Shown here: positions 52,073 to 61,402 of the stretch, one piece after another
Layout: every line of letters starts with the position of its first letter
Position numbering within the stretch: the stretch's first letter is position 1
From: an uncultured cyanobacterium
GTDB lineage: Bacteria > Cyanobacteriota > Cyanobacteriia > Cyanobacteriales > CAWCAG01
Length of the DNA stretch: 64,000 nucleotides
Assembly: GCA_963793425.1 (NCBI GenBank)
Contig: CAWCAG010000005.1
Coordinates: 1,376,001-1,440,000 of the forward strand
Direction: 5' to 3'
Notes under the pieces: generated by a model
Database searches by the model: none
Told to the model about the DNA's origin: nothing
The model's input: only the letters and a program-made list of their open reading frames with translations
Made by a program: the position numbers and the translations under genes

Positions 52073-52828
52073 ATGAATAAAATAACATTTCACGAACTAG
52101 CTAAAAAAGTTTTAATAAAGATAGATAGACCCCTAACACCAAATGAAATTTGGGAATTAGCTGTTGAAGAAGGACTTGACAAACAGTTAAATAGTTCTGG
52201 AAAAACGCCTTGGGCAACGTTAGGAGCTAAACTTTATGTGGTTTCAAGAGATAATCCAGACTCTATCTTTAAAACTATTGGAGAAAGACCGAAACGATTT
52301 TATTTAAAAAACAAAAAATATGATCTAGATTTTCAAGAATATGAAAAAGGAAAAACAGAGGAAGAAACGACAATTGCTATAAAATCATATTTTGAGAAAG
52401 ATTTACACCCATTTCTAGCTTACTTTAGTTTTTATTCCCTAAACTGCTATTGCCAAACAATCAATCATACAAAATCTGCTCAGAAAAGTTTTGGACAATG
52501 GGTTCACCCTGATATGATTGGATGTGTTTTTCCTATCAATGAATGGGATAATGAAGTTCTTGAGTTAAGCTCAGCAATTGGTAATAATTCTGTAAAATTC
52601 ATTTCATTTGAAGTCAAAAAAGAATTAAACTTATCTACATTAAGAGAGAAGTTTTTTCAAACTGTCTCCAATTCATCTTGGGCAAATGAAAGCTATTTAG
52701 CTGCTACAGAAATATCTCAAAATCCTGATTTCAAAACAGAATTAGGTAGATTATCAAGTTCTTTCGGAATTGGAGTAATCAAAACATCACAAGTCATAGA
52801 ATTGCTATATATTTTTCTTTTAAACTAA
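52073..52828 (+). pseudogene. HARE-HTH plus restriction-endonuclease-fold (COG2958-like) protein, apparently 3'-truncated
   Basis: GKTPWATLGA, EKDLHP, W.HPD, SFEVK, FFQ.VSNSSWAN; ends abruptly after FGIGVI and overlaps the msrA stop. Confidence 0.65.
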
Positions 52829-53467
52829 AGCCGGACAACTAACTTTTGTCCCCCCTAACCCACAGTAACCATTGGGATTTTTAGCTAAATACTGCTGATG
52901 GTATCCTTCAGCAAAATAAAACTCCGGGGCAGTAATAATTTCTGTACTAATTTCCCCGAAACCTGCCTTAGTTAAAGCTTGCTGATAAGTCTCTTCAGAT
53001 GCTTTAGCTAACTCTTTTTGAGCATCAGAATAAGCATAAATTCCGGAACGATACTGAGTACCAACATCATTACCTTGTTGCATACCTTGGGTAGGGTTAT
53101 GACTTTCCCAAAATACCTTTAGTAATTCTTCATAGCTAATTTGTTTCGGATCATAAACCACCAGGACTACTTCATTGTGTCCTGTCATCCCGCTACAAAC
53201 CTCTTCATAGGTGGGGTTAGGAGTATATCCTCCCGCGTAACCTACAGCAGTGGTGAAAACCCCCTCTAATTGCCAAAACTTGCGTTCAGCCCCCCAAAAA
53301 CAGCCTAAACCAAACACCGCCTTTGCCATTCCTTCTGGGTAAGGTGGCTTAAGGGGATTACCATTAACATAATGAGAAGCAGGCACTTGTAGAGGCTTAT
53401 CTCTTCCTGGTAAAGCTTGCTCAGGTTTAGGTAGGTTGAGCTTTTTACCGAATCCGAATAATACCAT
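52820..53467 (-). CDS. msrA: Peptide methionine sulfoxide reductase A
   Basis: [29 protein letters not shown]. Confidence 0.96.
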   Translation of the reverse strand: MVLFGFGKKLNLPKPEQALPGRDKPLQVPASHYVNGNPLKPPYPEGMAKAVFGLGCFWGAERKFWQLEGVFTTAVGYAGGYTPNPTYEEVCSGMTGHNEVVLVVYDPKQISYEELLKVFWESHNPTQGMQQGNDVGTQYRSGIYAYSDAQKELAKASEETYQQALTKAGFGEISTEIITAPEFYFAEGYHQQYLAKNPNGYCGLGGTKVSCPALV

Positions 53468-53570
53468 GGTTGTAAGTAGTAACTTAATTTATTAATATCT
53501 TCACTTTACTTAATGTTACCTAAACTGAGCAATTAGCAATTACCATAATTACTAATTAAGAGAAGAACAG

Positions 53571-54677
53571 ATGAAACGCAGACAACTTTTTAGTCATGTA
53601 ACCGTTGGTGTTACTAGTGCCGCTATCTTAGAAGCTTGCAAACAAGGAGACACTAATAACAGCACTGCCCAAACGGGAGATTTACCCACTATAGAATGGA
53701 ATATGGTCACTAGTTGGCCAGAATCTTTGGATACTATCTATGGCGGGGCAAAAACAGTCTGCGATCGCGTTGAGGCAATGACAGGGGGACGCTTCAAAAT
53801 CACTCCCTATGCTGCCGGGGAAATTGTACCAGGGTTGGAAGTTTTGGATGCAGTACAATCTGGCACAGCCCAATGTGGTCATACAGCCAGTTATTATTAT
53901 GTGGGTAAAAACCCAGCCCTGGGCTTCGCTACTTCCATGCCCTTTGGCTTAACGGCACAACAACAAAATGCTTGGCTTTACTACGGCGGGGGTTTAGAAG
54001 CCATGCACAAAATTTATGCCGAGTTTAATATTATTAATTTCCCGGCAGGTAATACGGGTACGCAAATGGGAGGCTGGTTCAAAAAAGAAATTAAGTCTCT
54101 CAAAGACCTCAAGGGCTTAAAAATGCGTATTCCTGGCTTGGGGGGTAAAGTAATGGAACGTTTGGGGGTTAATCCCCAAGTTTTACCAGGAGGAGAAATT
54201 TTCCTCGCTTTGGAAAGGGGGGCTATAGATGCAGCAGAATGGGTTGGCCCTTATGATGATTTGAAATTAGGACTCAACGAAGCTGCACCATTTTATTATT
54301 ATCCCGGTTGGTGGGAACCTGGTGCAACCCTAGATTTGCAAGTTAGCCTTAGTGAATGGGAGAAGTTACCGGAAGAATATCAAGAAGTACTAAAATCTGC
54401 GGCGACCGAAGCTAACTTAAATATGCTTTCTCAATATGAAGCTTTGAACCGGGAATCTTTAGCAACTTTGAAAGCAAATGGGACTAAGTTTAAGGCTTAT
54501 CCTAAAGCTGTGCTTCAGGCAGCGCAAAAGGCGGCTTTTGAAATTTATGAAGAGAATGCTAGCCAGGATAATACTTTTAAAGAAGTGTATGAACAATGGA
54601 GCAAGTTTAGGGAAGAAATTATGGCTTGGGATGGGATTAATGAGCAGAGTTTTACTAGTTTTGTAGGAAAGAATTAA
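53571..54677 (+). CDS. TRAP transporter substrate-binding protein (DctP/TakP type) with Tat signal
   Basis: MKRRQLF; TSWP; GNTGTQMGGWF; KMRIPG; AAEWVGPYDD. Confidence 0.9.
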   Translation: MKRRQLFSHVTVGVTSAAILEACKQGDTNNSTAQTGDLPTIEWNMVTSWPESLDTIYGGAKTVCDRVEAMTGGRFKITPYAAGEIVPGLEVLDAVQSGTAQCGHTASYYYVGKNPALGFATSMPFGLTAQQQNAWLYYGGGLEAMHKIYAEFNIINFPAGNTGTQMGGWFKKEIKSLKDLKGLKMRIPGLGGKVMERLGVNPQVLPGGEIFLALERGAIDAAEWVGPYDDLKLGLNEAAPFYYYPGWWEPGATLDLQVSLSEWEKLPEEYQEVLKSAATEANLNMLSQYEALNRESLATLKANGTKFKAYPKAVLQAAQKAAFEIYEENASQDNTFKEVYEQWSKFREEIMAWDGINEQSFTSFVGKN

Positions 54678-54701
54678 TAAGTGACTCAGCTAAAATTGTG
54701 T

Positions 54702-54808
54702 GTAAGGGCGGGTTTATTTAAAAAAAATGTTAATCTCACAATTTGACTCAAAACCCGCCCCTACTATTGCAAAATTCCGTAGGGTGTGTTAGCAAAGCGT
54801 AACGCACC
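54702..54808. repeat. Two REP-like palindromes between convergent genes
   Basis: GTAAGGGCGGGTTT...AAACCCGCCCCTAC and GTAGGGTGTGTTA..TAACGCACC. Confidence 0.7.
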
Positions 54809-54956
54809 TTTGACTCTAGTGGTATAGCCGAAAGATAAATAATTAGGGCGATCGCACTGGGATTTTTGGCATTAACCAAATTTCTTCCCGATGTCTTTAC
54901 TGTTCCCTGCTCCCCTACCCTAGCAAGACAATTTTAATACCTAGACAGCTTACCTA

Positions 54957-56957
54957 TTACCTATGTCCAACTAACTTATCTCGCAAATTCTTAATGCGAT
55001 CGCGAAACTCAGCCGCTTTTTCAAACTCTAAATTCTTGGCGGCTGCTTTCATTTGGTCTTCCAATTGTTCAATCAATTCCGGCACTTTTTCTAAAGGTAT
55101 ATCTTCAGTCTTTTGCGTAATAACTTCTAACTCCTGGGCATTAAGTTTCCGGGAAATATCTAAATAAGCCAAAATAGAATTACTATACTGTTTAATAATT
55201 GGTTGAGGGGTAATATTATGGGTACGATTGTAAGCTGTTTGAATATTCCTACGTCGTTCCGTTTCCTCAATCGCTTTAGCCATACTATCAGTGAGATTAT
55301 CAGCATATAAAATTGCTTGTCCCCGAACATGACGGGCTGCCCTACCAATAGTTTGAATTAATGAACGGGCTGCCCGTAAAAAGCCTTCTTTATCTGCATC
55401 TAAAATAGCCACCAGAGAAACTTCTGGCAAATCCAAACCTTCCCGCAATAAGTTAACCCCAATTAACACATCAAACGCACCTTCTCGCAAAGCTTGAATA
55501 ATTTCAATCCTTTGAATAGATTGAATTTCGGAGTGGAGATACTGCACTTTTATCTCTCTTTCTTGCAAATACTCTGTTAAATCCTCCGCCATTCTTTTCG
55601 TCAAAGTCGTAATTAAAACTCTTTCATTTAAGGCTACCCGTTCTTTAATTTCTCCTAACAAATCATCAATTTGTCCTTCTGTCGGTCGAACAAAAATTTC
55701 AGGATCAATAACCCCTGTGGGGCGAATAATTTGTTCAACAACATTGTCTTCAGATTGTTCGATTTCCCAATTTCCCGGAGTAGCAGAAACAAAAATACAT
55801 TGGTTAGCTTTCTGCCAAAACTCTTCTGCTTTTAAAGGGCGATTATCCGCCGCACTAGGCAAACGAAAACCATGATCAATTAAAACTTTTTTCCTCGCTT
55901 GGTCGCCATTATACATCCCACGAATTTGCGGCACAGTAACATGGGATTCATCCACCACCAATAACCAATCTTCAGGGAAATAATCAATTAAACATTCTGG
56001 GGGTTCCCCCGCTTGTCTCCCGGCTAAATGGCGAGAATAATTTTCTACCCCATTGGAATAACCAACTTCGCGCAACATCTCTAAATCATAGCGGGTACGC
56101 TGTTCTAAACGCTGTGCCTCTAAAAGCTTGCCTGCTGTTTCGAGGTGAGTTAATTGTTGGTTTAATTCCGCTTCAATCTCTGAACAAGCTTGTTCTAACC
56201 TTTCTTCTGGGGTAACAAAGTGACGGGCAGGGTAAATATTCACTCCCTCCAAACTCTGAATAATTTCCCCGGTTACAGGATTAATATAACGAATCGCCTC
56301 AATTTCATCCCCAAAAAATTCTACCCGAATAATCCGATCTTCATAAGCGGGGCCGATTTCCAACACATCCCCTTTAATGCGAAACCGTCCCCGACCAATT
56401 TCAACATCATTACGGCTGTACTGTACCGAAGCTAAATCCCGCAATAACTTACGCGGGTCTACTTCTTCCCCCATACGCAAAGGAATAGCGGCCTTTAAAT
56501 ATTCCGAAGGTATACCCAAACCATAAATGCAACTAATCGAAGCTACCACAATCACATCCTTCCTCTCAAACAGCGATCGCGTGGCAGAGTGACGCAACAT
56601 ATCAATTTCTTCATTGATAGAAGCTGTCTTTTCAATATAGGTATCGCTGACAGGAATATAAGCTTCTGGTTGATAGTAATCGTAATAACTAATAAAATAT
56701 TCGACAGCATTTTCCGGGAAGAATTGCCGCAACTCATTACATAATTGCGCTGCCAAAGTTTTATTATGAGCCAATACTAAAGTTGGTTTGCCAGTATTAG
56801 CAATCACCTTGGCAATAGTAAAAGTTTTCCCTGTCCCCGTCGCTCCCAAGAGGGTTTGTAGGCGGTTTCCCCCTAAAATAGATTCTGTAAGCTGGGTAAT
56901 AGCTTGAGGCTGATCTCCAGTGGCTTGAAAAGGTGCTTGAATTTTGAATTCGTTCAT
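54957..56957 (-). CDS. uvrB: Excinuclease ABC subunit B
   Basis: [33 protein letters not shown] domain. Confidence 0.98.
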   Translation of the reverse strand: MNEFKIQAPFQATGDQPQAITQLTESILGGNRLQTLLGATGTGKTFTIAKVIANTGKPTLVLAHNKTLAAQLCNELRQFFPENAVEYFISYYDYYQPEAYIPVSDTYIEKTASINEEIDMLRHSATRSLFERKDVIVVASISCIYGLGIPSEYLKAAIPLRMGEEVDPRKLLRDLASVQYSRNDVEIGRGRFRIKGDVLEIGPAYEDRIIRVEFFGDEIEAIRYINPVTGEIIQSLEGVNIYPARHFVTPEERLEQACSEIEAELNQQLTHLETAGKLLEAQRLEQRTRYDLEMLREVGYSNGVENYSRHLAGRQAGEPPECLIDYFPEDWLLVVDESHVTVPQIRGMYNGDQARKKVLIDHGFRLPSAADNRPLKAEEFWQKANQCIFVSATPGNWEIEQSEDNVVEQIIRPTGVIDPEIFVRPTEGQIDDLLGEIKERVALNERVLITTLTKRMAEDLTEYLQEREIKVQYLHSEIQSIQRIEIIQALREGAFDVLIGVNLLREGLDLPEVSLVAILDADKEGFLRAARSLIQTIGRAARHVRGQAILYADNLTDSMAKAIEETERRRNIQTAYNRTHNITPQPIIKQYSNSILAYLDISRKLNAQELEVITQKTEDIPLEKVPELIEQLEDQMKAAAKNLEFEKAAEFRDRIKNLRDKLVGHR

Positions 56958-57172
56958 ACTGGTTTTTGCTAATAGCTAGTGGCTAATTGCTAGTTGAAGC
57001 GTGGAAACATGGAAATAGACCAAATGTAGCTCATGAGTCCGAGAAAGGCTATATCATTTTATAACGAAATGCAAAAAAGTAGTACTAATTTACTGAAAAA
57101 CTAGTTGGTAAACTGTAAGAAAAGATTAGTCCAAAAGCGATAAGCTAGTTGCTAATTGCTATTTTTATTTCT

Positions 57173-58411
57173 ATGTTGCCAGTTAAAGAAGCCGAAGCCA
57201 TTGTTTTAGAATTATCTCAACCCCTTGATCCTCAACAGGATTTTGAGATTGTTGGTTTAGAAGAAGCCAGGGGGCGTATTTTGGCGGAGCCTGTTACCAG
57301 TAAGCTGGATTTTCCTCATTGGGATAACTCAGCGATGGATGGTTATGGGGTAAGGTTTGCTGATGTGCAGAATTGTGGCCCAGAGAAGCCAGTCAGCTTA
57401 GAAATTGTAGAAGAGATTCCCGCAGGTTATCAACCCCAAGTACAAGTACAACCAGGACAGGCAGCGCGGATCTTTACTGGTGCGGTGATGCCAGAAGGGG
57501 CAGATACCGTTGTTATGCAGGAAAATACTCAGAGTGAGGGTAATGTAGTCCAAATTTTAACACCTCCCCAATCAGGAGAATTTGTTCGCCGTCGCGGAGA
57601 TTTTTATCAAGCAGAAAAACCCTTATTAAATAGAGGAACTCTCCTCAATGCCCCAGAAATTGCTGTCTTAGCAGCAGCACAATGCAACCAGTTTAAAGTT
57701 TATCGACGTTTGCGGGTTGCTATCTTCGCCACAGGGGATGAATTGATTAGTCCCGTAGAAAACTTGCAACCAGGACAAATTGTTGATTCTAACCAATATG
57801 CTTTAACTGCATTTGTTGCTAAAAATGGCTGCACTCCTGTACCCATGGGTATTGTTAAGGACAAACCAGAATTATTAAAAGAGGCCATCGCTTTTGCCAT
57901 TGCTAGTGCTGATGTGGTGCTTTCTACAGGGGGTGTTTCTGTCGGGGATTATGATTTAGTTGACCAAATTTTGCAGGAGTTGGGGGGCAAAATCCATCTG
58001 CGTAAGGTCAGAATTAAACCAGGGAAACCCTTGACAGTGGCCACATTTAATGCAGAAAAGCCGGGGAAATCAGCTTTGTATTTCGGTATTCCGGGCAACC
58101 CGGTTTCCGCTTTAGTAAGTTGTTGGCGTTTTGTACAACCAGCTTTGCGAAAAATGTCTGGGTTGAAAGATTGGCAACCGACTTTTATTAAAGCCCGTAC
58201 CCAAAATAAATTACGTGCCGGTGGTCAAAGAGAAACTTATCTTTGGGGAACAATGAAAGTGGTTAATGGTGCTTGGGAATTTTCCTTAGCCCCAGGAACT
58301 CATAATTCTGCGAATTTAGTTAACCTGGCTGGTACGACAGCCCTTGCTGTTGTACCTGTAGGCAGAAAAACCGTTGAAGTTGGGGAAGAAGTAGAAGTGA
58401 TGTTGACTTGA
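57173..58411 (+). CDS. moeA: Molybdopterin molybdenumtransferase
   Basis: NSAMDGY, IFTGA..PEGAD, TGDEL, GGVSVGDYD, PGNPVS. Confidence 0.95.
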   Translation: MLPVKEAEAIVLELSQPLDPQQDFEIVGLEEARGRILAEPVTSKLDFPHWDNSAMDGYGVRFADVQNCGPEKPVSLEIVEEIPAGYQPQVQVQPGQAARIFTGAVMPEGADTVVMQENTQSEGNVVQILTPPQSGEFVRRRGDFYQAEKPLLNRGTLLNAPEIAVLAAAQCNQFKVYRRLRVAIFATGDELISPVENLQPGQIVDSNQYALTAFVAKNGCTPVPMGIVKDKPELLKEAIAFAIASADVVLSTGGVSVGDYDLVDQILQELGGKIHLRKVRIKPGKPLTVATFNAEKPGKSALYFGIPGNPVSALVSCWRFVQPALRKMSGLKDWQPTFIKARTQNKLRAGGQRETYLWGTMKVVNGAWEFSLAPGTHNSANLVNLAGTTALAVVPVGRKTVEVGEEVEVMLT

Positions 58412-58412
58412 T

Positions 58413-59357
58413 TTAAGACCCAACTTGTATACCAAAGCCAGATAACTTAGTTAACCAAAAATTGAGGTTAGGATCGGGAATCTCTTTTTGCACTTCTTCT
58501 CGGACTCGCCAAGCTTCCTTTTCAGTTTCGCATAAAGCAAACACTGTAGGGCCAGAGCCAGACATCATTGTTCCCAAAACTCCTGCTTTTTGAAAACCTT
58601 GCTTGAGTTTTTGAATTTGAGGATACTCTGGTAAAGCAACTTTTTCTAAATCATTGTGCAACAATTGGCCAATTTGTTTCTGGTCACCATTAACAATTGC
58701 TTGGACTAAAGAACCAGAATGAATATCACTTGTCCGGGATCTAATCGCTTCAGAATCATTGAGGTAGGTACTGCCAAATTGCTGGCGATAATTATTATAA
58801 GCCCAAGGAGTAGCAATGCTTAGGTTACGGTGTTTTGCTAAAATAGCCCAAACAGAATCAAAACTTTTCAGATAATCTAACTGTTCCCCTCTACCTGTCG
58901 CGATCGCAGTTCCTCCAGAGATGCAGAAAGGAATATCAGAACCAATTTTCGCCCCTAAGACTTGTAATTCTGGTTGGGTTAAGCCTAAATGCCACATGAG
59001 GTCTATTCCCACCAAAACTGCTGCGGCATTGCTAGAGCCTCCTGCTAGCCCGGCTGCAATGGGGATACGTTTTTCGATGGTAATTTCTAAACCACCATAT
59101 TGAGCAAAGGCATTGGGAAATTCTTCGCTCATCAACCTGGCTGCTTTGTAAGCTAAATTGGTTTCATCCACAGGAACGTGGGGATTATCGCAGTGAATAT
59201 GAATTGCTTGGGTACTACTAGACCTCAACTCCACTTTATCAGCCAGTTCAATGGTTTGTAAAACCATAGCTAATTCATGATAACCATCACTGCGATCACC
59301 GATGATTTCTAAGTAGAGATTGATTTTAGCAGGGGCAATTAAGGAATAGGAACGCAT
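58413..59357 (-). CDS. ispE: 4-diphosphocytidyl-2-C-methyl-D-erythritol kinase
   Basis: APAKINLYL, IP.AAGLAGGSS, MSGSGPTVF. Confidence 0.96.
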   Translation of the reverse strand: MRSYSLIAPAKINLYLEIIGDRSDGYHELAMVLQTIELADKVELRSSSTQAIHIHCDNPHVPVDETNLAYKAARLMSEEFPNAFAQYGGLEITIEKRIPIAAGLAGGSSNAAAVLVGIDLMWHLGLTQPELQVLGAKIGSDIPFCISGGTAIATGRGEQLDYLKSFDSVWAILAKHRNLSIATPWAYNNYRQQFGSTYLNDSEAIRSRTSDIHSGSLVQAIVNGDQKQIGQLLHNDLEKVALPEYPQIQKLKQGFQKAGVLGTMMSGSGPTVFALCETEKEAWRVREEVQKEIPDPNLNFWLTKLSGFGIQVGS

Positions 59358-59398
59358 CTTAGTTCATTTATCATTGATCATTTATCATTAAACATTTA

Positions 59399-60241
59399 TT
59401 ATTCCAAATTCCTCTTCTCTTCTACTTCTACTTCTAATTTGTCAGTTAAATTAATCCAGTCTTCTACACTCAAATCTTCAGCGCGGGCTTGGGGATTCAC
59501 GGCTAATTCTGCTAATACTTGGCTGAGGCGATCGCTTTCAATCACAGCTTTTAAATTATTTCGTAACATTTTGCGCTTACTAGAAAAGCCCATTTTCAAC
59601 AATGTTCCCATATAACGGGGATTATTAACGGCTTTTTCTCTAGGTTGGGGGCAAAGTCTCACCACCGCAGACTCTACTTTAGGAGGGGGGTAAAAAGCTT
59701 TGGCAGGAACGGTACAAATTAATTCACAGGTAGCCAGATATTGTACTCGTACTGAAAGTAAGCCAAAATTACGGGAACCGCGATTAGCACAGAGGCGTAG
59801 GGCAATTTCCCTTTGTACTAGCAAAACAATCGCTTCAAACTGTTCCGGTGCTGGTTCTGATATCGTTCCCAATAACTTTGTCAAAATTGGCCCGGTAATA
59901 TTGTAAGGAATATTGGCAACAACTTTGTTGGGGTTTTGAAATTGGGGAAAAGGGGCTAAGTTAGCCGCTAGATCAAAGGAAAGTATATCTCCTTGTAGAA
60001 GTAGAAAATTCTCCTTTTCTCCAAAATTTTTAACCAATTTTTGACACAAATCCCGGTCAATTTCCACCCCTACCACAGCTTCAACTTCTGGTAAAAGGCG
60101 GCGAGTCAGAATCCCCGTACCTGGACCGATTTCTAGGAGGCGATCCCCTTTATTTAACTGGGCAGCGACCACAATTTTGTTTAGGGCTTTCTCGCTACGC
60201 AGCCAATGTTGAGCATAGCGTTTTCGGGGTCGAGTAGCCAT
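59399..60241 (-). CDS. rsmA: 16S rRNA m6,2A dimethyltransferase
   Basis: AQHWL, EIGPGTG, VANIPYNIT, F.PPPKVES. Confidence 0.96.
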   Translation of the reverse strand: MATRPRKRYAQHWLRSEKALNKIVVAAQLNKGDRLLEIGPGTGILTRRLLPEVEAVVGVEIDRDLCQKLVKNFGEKENFLLLQGDILSFDLAANLAPFPQFQNPNKVVANIPYNITGPILTKLLGTISEPAPEQFEAIVLLVQREIALRLCANRGSRNFGLLSVRVQYLATCELICTVPAKAFYPPPKVESAVVRLCPQPREKAVNNPRYMGTLLKMGFSSKRKMLRNNLKAVIESDRLSQVLAELAVNPQARAEDLSVEDWINLTDKLEVEVEEKRNLE

Positions 60242-60251
60242 AAATTTAAGT

Positions 60252-60360
60252 TCACATTATTTGCCCAATTAAGCATACTAGAGTAACTACCCCTGCACCA
60301 AGCATTAATCCGGCGGGCATAAATTTACGGGTTTTCTTGAGTCGCAGGGCAAAAACTATG
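60252..60360 (-). pseudogene. C-terminal fragment of a TMEM14-family membrane protein
   Basis: IVFALRLKKTRKFMPAGLMLGAGVVTLVCLIGQIM*; no room for the N-terminus. Confidence 0.65.
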
Positions 60361-60387
60361 CAAATTTTCCAGTTAAAGAGATTGCTT

Positions 60388-60780
60388 TCAGGCAATTCGA
60401 TTGAGCAGTTGACGGCGTTTTTGCTCAAATTCGTATTCTGACATTAAACCTTCTTGACGCAACTGATCTAATTGTCTGAGAGAATCGGCGATCGCCTTAA
60501 CTTGATTCGTTTCTCTTGGGGGTGATTGACTATATTGTACTGGTTCTTTTTGATTGAAACGACGTTCAAAATCTTCTTGATCTTGAATAAAATACCAAAC
60601 TATCTCAATAGCGCAGGCAATGTGGGGGATGGGAGTTGACAAAAGCAGGAAATAAGCAATTCCCCATAAAGGTTGTCCCAAGTAAAACTTATGCAACCCG
60701 GCTAAGGGAGTGATAGTTCCTAGTAAAGCTAAGAACCCAGCTACCTTACGACTTTTTGGTTTGCCAAGCAAGTTGTCCAT
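60388..60780 (-). CDS. TM2/NINE plus SHOCT domain protein
   Basis: GLHKFYLGQ; LDQLRQEGLMSEYEFEQKRRQLL. Confidence 0.85.
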   Translation of the reverse strand: MDNLLGKPKSRKVAGFLALLGTITPLAGLHKFYLGQPLWGIAYFLLLSTPIPHIACAIEIVWYFIQDQEDFERRFNQKEPVQYSQSPPRETNQVKAIADSLRQLDQLRQEGLMSEYEFEQKRRQLLNRIA

Positions 60781-60826
60781 TATGCCATCTCAACTAACAC
60801 CAAATCCGGTTACTAAAGTTTTCCAA

Positions 60827-60862
60827 CCCTGCTCCCTACTCCCTACTCCCTGCTCCCTACCC
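60827..60862 (+). repeat. Heptamer STRR (CCCTRCT) x5
   Basis: ccctgctccctactccctactccctgctccctacc. Confidence 0.75.
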
Positions 60863-61070
60863 TCACAAATTCTGCTAGCAAACACCAAGCTAGTATAACT
60901 TTGCTTTCCCTCCATGATATTGATTTATTCATAATTCATGGAGAAAAGAAAATTCCCCTATACGGGAATCTCTATTTTACGGTTAATTTCTACTACTTTA
61001 AAATGATAGATAAGCGCTCCAACATCATGGTTGGTTAAATATCTATCTATAAAATAAAAACTCAAAAACA

Positions 61071-61394
61071 ATGGGATTTTTTGATTCAGAAGTCGTCCAA
61101 CAAGAAGCCAAACAACTATTTCAGGATTATCAGTCTTTGATGGCCCTGGGGGGAGATTACGGTAAATTCGACCGTGAAGGAAAAAAGCTTTATATCGAAA
61201 AGATGGAAAACATGATGGAGCGCTATCGTATTTTCATGAAGCGCTTTGAACTTTCTGATGATTTCATGGCCCAAATGACCATGCAACAACTTAATACCCA
61301 GCTTAATCAGTTTGGGATCACGCCCCAGCAAATGTTTGAGCAAATGAACGTGACCCTAGAGCGCATGAAATCTGAGTTAGAAAAGCAAAAGTAA
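61071..61394 (+). CDS. DUF1825 family protein
   Basis: MGFFDSEVVQQEAK..KFDREGK..KRFELSDD. Confidence 0.85.
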   Translation: MGFFDSEVVQQEAKQLFQDYQSLMALGGDYGKFDREGKKLYIEKMENMMERYRIFMKRFELSDDFMAQMTMQQLNTQLNQFGITPQQMFEQMNVTLERMKSELEKQK

Positions 61395-61402
61395 CCTCTA
61401 AC

